From Fonticula alba ATCC 38817 (Eukaryota; Protista; Nucleariida), in NCBI GenBank assembly GCA_000388065.2, contig KB932207.1: DNA of 52,934 nucleotides; one strand, 5' to 3'. How positions within the stretch are numbered: position 1 is the first letter of the stretch; each line of letters starts with the position of its first letter. Positions 45,932 through 52,934 of this stretch are shown piece by piece. A program made the translations under genes and the position numbers. Under the pieces are notes generated by a model that was given only the letters and a program-made list of their open reading frames with translations, searched no databases and was not told the DNA's origin.

Positions 45932-48900
45932 TCACCCCATGACATCCACTTCGATGTCACTGTCATCGGTGTCGCCATCCAGGTCCAGGGCCCCGGTAGG
46001 CTGCTCCATGCTGGAGGATGTGAGGGGCTCATAGGCGGAGGTACCGGCAACACCGTGCACCAGAAGCACGGCGCTCCCCTCGGCGTGCGGATGGTGACCG
46101 GCCGCCGCGACCAGATCCGTGGAATAATGCCCGTCAAAGGGATGGCCGCCTCCGGCGCCGCCCTTGCCAACTTCCAGCGAGTAGCCCCCCCGTCTGGCGG
46201 AGGAGAAGGCACCCTTCAAGGGGTCACCGGCTGATGAGGCCCCATCCTCCCCCTCATGGGTTTCGCCCTCCTCACCATCACCGTCCTCCTCTTCGGGATC
46301 GGTCTCACCGTCATGGAGGTGGTGGTGGTGGTGATGGAGCCGGCGCCGGTCGCCAATCCCATTGGCACCGGCACTCCCGGGCAGGTAGCCGAGGGCGGGG
46401 AGATCACCGCCGAGGTCGGTGGGCACACCGGCCAGCATGTGGCCGGAAGAGGCGAGCAACGTGTGACCGGTGGCCGCACCGTCGCCATTGACGTGGTGCT
46501 CCGCGAAGCCGGCCAACGACCGGACATCGATGGAACCGCGGCGGCGCGAGTTGGCGGTCACGCCGCCGGCCGCGGCCGCGGCCGCGGCCGCCGCCAAGGC
46601 AGCCGCCCGGCCGCCACCCGGCTTCCCGGCAGCAAGTCGCCGGCCGCCGGCCCCCAGTCGGGCCTTCTTGGCCCCGGGGCGCCCGCCACGGGCCGGGCCC
46701 TCGTCAAAGGCACCGCCCTCGGCCGCCGGCCCGGGCGAGGGGCTACCACTGCCGAGGTGTGAGCCGGTCCCCGGCTCCGGGGTCGTGCCGCTGGGGGAGG
46801 CGCCACACACCGGCGAGGGAGCCCGCGACCCGCCGAGGCCCGAAAGGAGCGACGGGTCGACAGCCCGATCCTGGGCCGGCCCGGTGAAGGGGCCGTCACC
46901 ATAACCGACGTTGGTGGCCCCGGCGAAGGCTACCGCCACCAGGTGATTGCTGCTGAGGCTGTCATGGCCGGCGCCGTCATGGAACTTGCCATCCTCGCCA
47001 TCATGTCCGGCACCACCGTCGTCGGTGTCATTCTGCACGCGCAGTGGCAGCGGATGAAACGTTGTTAGTGCCGGGAAGGCCAAACAGAGAGCAGGGTCAG
47101 CCTCGAGAAAGCAAGAGAGAGAGAGAGAGAGACAGAGAGAAAGCAAGAGAGAGAGAGACAGAGAGAGACAGAGAGAAAGCAAGAGAGACAGAGAGACAGA
47201 GAGAAAGCAAGAGAGAAAGAGACCAGGAAGACATACATCACTGTCGCCATCACCGCCGTCCTGGTTTTTGAGGGCGCGGTTCAAATCACCAATGCGATTC
47301 CGGAGCTCATCATTGGCGCGACGGAACTGGATAGCCAGGCCACATGGGGCGAGTCAGTCGGGCAAAGAGGCCAGATGTCCAGCCAAGAATGGAGCACATG
47401 GGCAAGGGGGGAAGAACCGACGGCTCGACGTACCGAGGCCAATTGCTTGGTGAGGATTTCCTGCTCTGGCAGGCGGTCCTGCGGGGCCGGGACGATGGAG
47501 CTGGACCCGGAGGCGGGGGCCGGGGTTGCGGTAGATGCCGGCCCCGGGGAGGACCCATCTTCGCCATTGAGCGAGGTGTCGGTGTCCGCCGAATCGAGGC
47601 CATCCTCCGTGCCGCCGGTCCCCGGGGGCGGGGCCACATCCAACACCGGATCCTCCGGGGAGGTGACCGAAGAGGAGTGCATGCCGACCACCTCCGGCAC
47701 GGGCCCGGACCCGGCGATGGCGGCGCGGACCTCCACATCGGCTCGACGAGCGGCCAACTCCAGCAGGGTGATGAACTCCTTGGCCTTGGTGAGGACCTGC
47801 ACCGTGGAGGGCTTCTGATCGGCCAGGTTCGGGATCAAATCACGAAGCTGATGCACGATGGACTTCTGGGCCAGGCGCCGGCGACGCTCCAGCTCATTGT
47901 GGTTGGCGCGCTTCTTGCGGGCCGGGGTGCCGGTCGGTCCGGAGGCCGCGGCGGCCGCGGCTGCCGCCGCCGCCGCCGCCGCTGCCACCGCCGCCGCCGA
48001 CACACCCTGCCCATGGTGGTGGGTAACATGGTGCCCCGCGGTGACATGGTGCCCTGCTGTGTGGTGCTCCAGGCGGAGGGGATCATGCCCGATGCCAGCC
48101 CCGAGGGAGGACATCCCCCCGGAAACGGGGCCGGACGCCGGCGGCAAGCTCAAATTACCCAGGGGAATGGAGGCCATGCCGGTGTTGGACATGCCGCCAG
48201 CATGAGAGAGCCCCGGCGAAATGTGCGCCCCGGCCCCGGTGGACATCGATTGCGGGAGATGGTGCGCCGTGTGGTGCGGAGTCGCATGATGGGTCGGGTG
48301 ATGGTATGCCCCGGTGGAGCCACCGCCAGCAGCACCGCCATGGGGGAAGGAAAGGTGCGAGAAGGCCTGCGCCGCGTGGTGCATGGCGGCCGTGGCCGAT
48401 GCCGCAGATCCCAGAGGCGAGGACCCGGCCGCGGCCAGGGAGGCAGCATGCGAAGCGGCCGCCGCGGCCGCGGCCGCCGCCGCCAAGTCCCCATGTGCCG
48501 GGCTCTGCCCGGCGTGGTGCAGCGTCCCGCCCGGCAGGGAAAGCCCACTGCTCAGGCCGGCCATCGGGCTCGCCACGGTGGTGCTGGTCCCCGAGGTGGT
48601 GGTGGTGGTGGCGGCGGTGGTGGTGGTGGCACCGCCGGCCGGGGTTGAGCTCGGCGAAGGGGCCGTCCCGCCGACACCGGCCGGTGCACCGGCAAACGCG
48701 TGCATGGCCATCGGCGGGAGGAGGGACGACGCCAGCACCGACCCGGGGAAGGTGTTGGCTGCCGCATGGGTGGAAAGGAGCCCGGCGGCGGTCGACTGCG
48801 CCGCCATGGCAGCCGACAGGGCAGCCATCGCCTGGTGCGTGTACATGTGGCTGCTGGAGGGGGAGCCGCTGGCGGCGGCTGCGGCCGCGGCCGCGGCCGC

Positions 48901-49206
48901 GGCGGTCTGTGCCTGATGCGCGGCCGCCAGGTGCGAATAGTGAGCCGGCGGGTGCCCGCCGAAGGGGACACCGGACATGTGCATGGCCGCGGCGGCGGCC
49001 GCCGTGGCCGAGGCCGTGAGCGGGTTCGGAGAGTGCGCATGCGCGTGCAATTGCTGGAAGGACTGCGACAGGCTGGCCCCCCCGTTGACGGGGTTGCTGT
49101 TGGCCAGGGCTTGGTAGTGAGCGGCGGCTGCCGCCGCTGCCGCCGTCGAAGTCCCCGGTGGCATGCCGGGATGCGTGCCGGGCGAGGGGGTGGCGGAACC
49201 GGTCAT
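45932..49206 (-). CDS. bHLH(-Zip) transcription factor of Myc/Max/Mad-Mnt type; model join(49206..47434,47326..47237,47032..45932), ~987 aa
   Basis: RKKRANHNELERRRRLAQKSIVHQLRDLIPNLADQKPSTVQVLTKAKEFITLL is a bHLH with the H-E-R E-box triad. It has a long Ala/His/Ser-rich N-terminus and a heptad L-F-L-L zipper spanning the first intron. Confidence 0.82.
47105..47222. repeat. (GA)-based compound repeat with recurring gagagaaagcaagagagagag units in bHLH intron 2
   Basis: The unit recurs about four times within intron 47236-47033. Confidence 0.8.
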
Positions 49207-52200
49207 CCGGGAGGCAGGGAGAGGAGGGAGCGGTGCAGGGGGTAGGGGGAAAGAGGGGGGAGCCGGCCCCGGGCTCGGGTGGAGGGGACGGGCGCGGGAG
49301 GGGGGAGGAGAGGGAGGGAGGGGTATGCGACCCACACACCCACACACATACACACCCACACAGACGTGTAGAGAGTCGCAGGGGAGGGGGGGAGGAGGAG
49401 GGGGAGGAGGAGGGTCTGGAGAGCGAGGACACAGAGGGTGAGGTGGAGGGGGAGGAAGGGAGGAGAAGGATGGGGAGGAGCAGGGGCAAGAGAGGTGTGC
49501 GGGGAGTGTGTGCCCTCTCAGCGGCTGGCAGTCGCTCGGGTGGAGCTAGATGGCCGAAAAATGCCTCCCCCTCCCCTTCCCGCCCCCGGGTCAGACAGAG
49601 GCTTGCGCCGGGCAACGGTCCGGTGGCGGGCCGGGGGCCCGGGTGAAAAGAAGCAGGCAACTGCGAACGACATTATGGAACCAGGGAGGTGATAAGTCAG
49701 ACAGCCCCCCAGCCACCACCCCCCCCCCCCCCCCCGGAGCCCAAGGGCCCGGGGACCAAAGAGTCCAAGAGAGACACCGAGAGCGGGNNNNNNNNNNNNN
49801 NNNNNNNNNNNNNNNNNNNNNNNNNNNNNNNNNNNNNNNNNNNNNNNNNNNNNNNNNNNNNNNNNNNNNNNNNNNNNNNNNNNNNNNNNNNNNNNNNNNN
49901 NNNNNNNNNNNNNNNNNNNNNNNNNNNNNNNNNNNNNNNNNNNNNNNNNNNNNNNNNNNNNNNNNNNNNNNNNNNNNNNNNNNNNNNNNNNNNNNNNNNN
50001 NNNNNGGGGGGGGGGGGGCGGGCGGCGGCGGCCTGGCGCAGGTGTGCGAGGAATGAGCGAGACGGCGGCATTGCCCTGCCGGTGCGGTGGTGAATACCGC
50101 CTGGCGGGGCGGCCGCTATTGTGCAGCTGGGAAGACCGCGGCCGAGTATGGGAACGTGCAGGGCCCCCGCCCTCCCTTCTTCGGGCGGGCTCCGGGAGGG
50201 GGACCCGGGGCTACCGCCAACTCTTCGTGCCTCTCTCGGGCGTGCGGTGGCTAACGACCAGCAGGGCGGGCCGGTTGCCTGGTCGAGGGAGCGGAGGACA
50301 ACGGCGCGTCTGGCGGCGGGCCGGGCATCTCCCTCCCTCTCTCACTCTCACTCTCTCCCAACGGAGACGCCCCTCCTTCGATGCGGGTGAAACGCCCGAG
50401 CGGAACGGCGGTTCGGGACATCGAAAGTGAGGGCACGGGAATGTGTCGCGAGACGGCATCCTTCCCGCCCTCCCGCGCCTCGCCTGGACGGTCGTCCTCC
50501 CGGCCCCGCGCCCCCCCGTACCCCGGCCCGGTCCCCGAAAAAGCCTGACCGCCGGGAGACTGCCCGAGCAAGTGTGCCCGAGGAGAGGGGGGGGGGTAAG
50601 GCGGAGCGGCAAGGGAGGCGAAAAAGCCCCGATCAGCTCCAGGTCTACGGGGGGGGGACGGGGCCGGGGCCGGGGGGCGGCGGGGCGGTTGGGGGGCGGG
50701 GCCCGTCTCCCCACGGGACACCCGGCGCGCCGTGAGGCCACAACGCGTGGCCCCAGAAGCAGCGCTCGGCGTGGCTCAGGGCGCGTCGGGACCTGTGAGC
50801 GAGCGTGCATGCGTGCGCGCGAGCGCGCACATGGGCTCCCCTCTCCCCGGGGCTGGGGCCGCGCGTGCGGCCTCGGCCTCGCCCACGCGCCAAACTTCCG
50901 GAGGGGGGGGGGGGGGCTCGCGCGGCCGCGGCGCGCCGCGCCGACATCCCCGGTTCCCGGGCCCAGAAGCAGGGGGGGGACGATGGGGGGGGGGGGGGGG
51001 GCGGGGGGGCAGGCACCGTCGGCCAGCAGGCCCCCGCGGCTGCGCCCACGGTCGAGTGGGAGTTGGGATTGTTTTCCCAGCCGGGCGAACTTGACCACGG
51101 CCGGGGGCCTCGCGGGACTCCCCCCCCCCCCCCCGCCCCCGGCCCACCCCTGGTGTCGGCGCCCCGGAGCCTGGCCGGGAGGGGCGACCGGCGGGCAGGC
51201 CCAGAGCCAAGCGAGGCCGCTGACGGAGCGGCGTGGAAGCCCGGGCGTTCCTCAGAACTCCCCGGCGGCCAGGGTAAACCCTGGACAAAGTCCGCCGGGC
51301 CCGCCTCAGCGGCTACACCGCAGCGGCCGTGCGCATGCCCCCGCGGCCGCGCGAGGCCCGGTTGACAGAGGCGCCGCGGGTGTCTCCACCACCACCTTTG
51401 ACAGCCGTCCTTCCGCCCAGGTGGGATGAAGGGGAGGGGCCGGCGGGCTGGGGGGGGGGCAGCCCCGACCGTCGCATCCCTCCGCCCGCCCTTCCGGCCG
51501 GCGGCCTCCCGACGGGAGAAGGCAAAAATCTCGCCGATCCCATGGTCTTCCCGTGACCAGACGTCGACAATTCGCATGCGCCGGCATCTGCCATCACTCG
51601 CGCCTTGCTGCATCGGGCAGCCGCCGCATTTGCCCCCGAGGAAAATCCGCCCGGATCCGGGCCGAGGCCCCCCCCTCTCCAGCCCCTGCCCAATAGGCCA
51701 CAACCCAGCACTTGCCCCCCCTGTGTCGCGTCCCGGCACGGGTGGTAATGGCTGATTGCACCGCGCGGAATGCCTTGTGCCGGTGTACCCCTTGCCAGTC
51801 CCCCCCCCGGCCGGTCCCCCTGTGCATGCGGGCCCCGGGCGCGCCGCCGGCGTGTGACGGGGACTGCCCGATCGCGAATGTGTCGTCCCTCGGTATGGGG
51901 TGTATGTCCAGCGAGTGTTGCATTCATTTGTGTCTCGTCCCCCCCCCCCCTCCCCGCGCCCGCGCCCTGTTGGCGCCTGCCAGGCGGGCCGGATGCGTGT
52001 GAGAGAGGGACCTGGCGCCTCCATGTTTATGACTCGGGACGCTACCCCCTGAGGGTGTTTGGCCAATTGCCAGTTCCTCTCACCTCCCCCCCCCCGGTTC
52101 ANNNNNNNNNNNNNNNNNNNNNNNNNNNNNNNNNNNNNNNNNNNNNNNNNNNNNNNNNNNNNNNNNNNNNNNNNNNNNNNNNNNNNNNNNNNNNNNNNNN

Positions 52201-52361
52201 NNNNNNNNNNNNNNNNNNNNNNNNNNNNNNNNNNNNNNNNNNNNNNNNNNNNNNNNNNNNNNNNNNNNNNNNNNNNNNNNNNNNNNNNNNNNNNNNNNNN
52301 NNNNNNNNNNNNNNNNNNNNNNNNNNNNNNNNNNNNNNNNNNNNNNNNNNNNNNNNNNNNN

Positions 52362-52934
52362 GGCACGAACGTGCGCTCCAGGAGCGGATCCTGCCCCCGC
52401 GGGACCGACGCGCCGAGGCGTGTGCGCCCCCCCCCCGCCTCTGCCGGGGCAGGTGGGGTGGCCGGGCCGGGGCCGGGGCCGGGGCCGGGGCCGGGGCCGG
52501 GGGGGGGGGGAGACCGGTACCAGACAATGCCCTGTTATGCCTCCCAGTTGAGGTCCTCGGAAACCAGGCCTTTTTTATACAAGGCCCGCGGATATATATC
52601 TCCCCTTCTCTCTCTCTCTCTCTCCCTCTCCGTCAGCAGGGGGCTGGTATGGAAGGAGCGGGCCGCCCCGTTTGACGAGCATTTTTCCACTCCCCGGGAG
52701 CCCTGGCGTGCGTACCTGGACGCGTCATCGACATGTGGTCCGGCTGCAGCCGGACCACACGTCCGGGCGAAAGGCGTCGCCAACCGGATGATGCCCAGCC
52801 AGGGCCGCGCGGTCCAGGTGTCGCTCCTCCACTCGGGGGGGTCCGCTCATCGGGCGCCAGGGGCCGGGGAGAGGGCGCAGGGCCGGGGGACGGCCAGGGA
52901 GAAACATCACCGATTGAGGCCTGCCCCCCCCCCC
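52362..52934 (-). CDS. Possible partial gene at the window edge (frame ...PEWRSDTWTARPWLGIIRLATPFARTCG...DDASR, donor GTACGC near 52717)
   Basis: Protein-like frame, a donor of the local consensus, a GCTGAC branch-like site near 52635 and a downstream (GP)n-encoding repeat. No family recognised; truncated by the window edge and a gap. Confidence 0.25.
52463..52500. repeat. (CCGGGG)n hexamer tandem repeat
   Basis: ccggggccggggccgggg..., about 6 copies. Confidence 0.8.

Larger units (their letters stand above)
15913..52361. other. Assembly gaps (N runs) at 15913-16204, 19468-19560, 23381-23957, 34067-34310, 44800-44944, 49788-50005, 52102-52361
   Basis: N runs read directly. Most abut or lie close to poly-G/poly-C tracts or tandem repeats. 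Confidence 0.99.

Noticed and set aside
47760-47920. Calling the bHLH gene SREBP because it neighbours SCAP
   Set aside because: It lacks the diagnostic Tyr in the basic region, and there are no TM helices after the bHLH.
1006-49660. Numerous long antisense or alternate-frame ORFs overlapping real genes (e.g. 1006..2292, 10711..12177, 13999..15027, 38285..39805, 47344..48648)
   Set aside because: These are expected shadows of GC-rich coding DNA, where stop codons are rare. They carry no recognisable motifs, and the opposite frame holds the conserved protein.
1-52934. rRNA, tRNA, CRISPR arrays, transposase or reverse-transcriptase genes
   Set aside because: No recognisable signatures were seen by eye. 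Small ncRNAs cannot be excluded without covariance-model searches.

Overview
GC-rich, intron-containing eukaryotic nuclear DNA from a draft assembly with 7 N-gaps. Most ORF-track entries are antisense or low-complexity noise. I rebuilt spliced gene models by hand from GT..AG sites, branch-point-like CT(A/G)AC motifs and frame continuity. Genes in order: TFIP11/Ntr1 (+), an orphan ORF (-), a CcmE heme chaperone with a predicted mitochondrial presequence (+), HYOU1/GRP170 (+), class I fructose-bisphosphate aldolase (-), RBM42 (+), M14A carboxypeptidase (-), an acidic-repeat protein with a LASP/nebulin-type SH3 (-, broken by a gap), a large LRR protein (-), a PLGRKT homolog (-), P5C dehydrogenase ALDH4A1/PUT2 (+), SCAP (-), a Myc/Max/Mad-like bHLH protein (-), and a possible partial gene at the right edge. 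Gene content and sequence style suggest a unicellular opisthokont, possibly a nucleariid such as Fonticula; this is inference only. Best leads: (1) a nuclear, spliced CcmE implying bacterial-type System I cytochrome c maturation in a lineage whose animal and fungal relatives use HCCS; (2) a 2-nt micro-exon that rescues the P5CDH reading frame; (3) a Myc/Mad-like bHLH with a displaced leucine zipper and a C-terminal WDR5-binding-like motif; (4) a SCAP keeping MELADL- and Y298/L315/D443-equivalent residues but with Asn at the D428 position; (5) a PLGRKT homolog lacking its defining C-terminal lysine. All family assignments come from recalled motifs; no database search was run.
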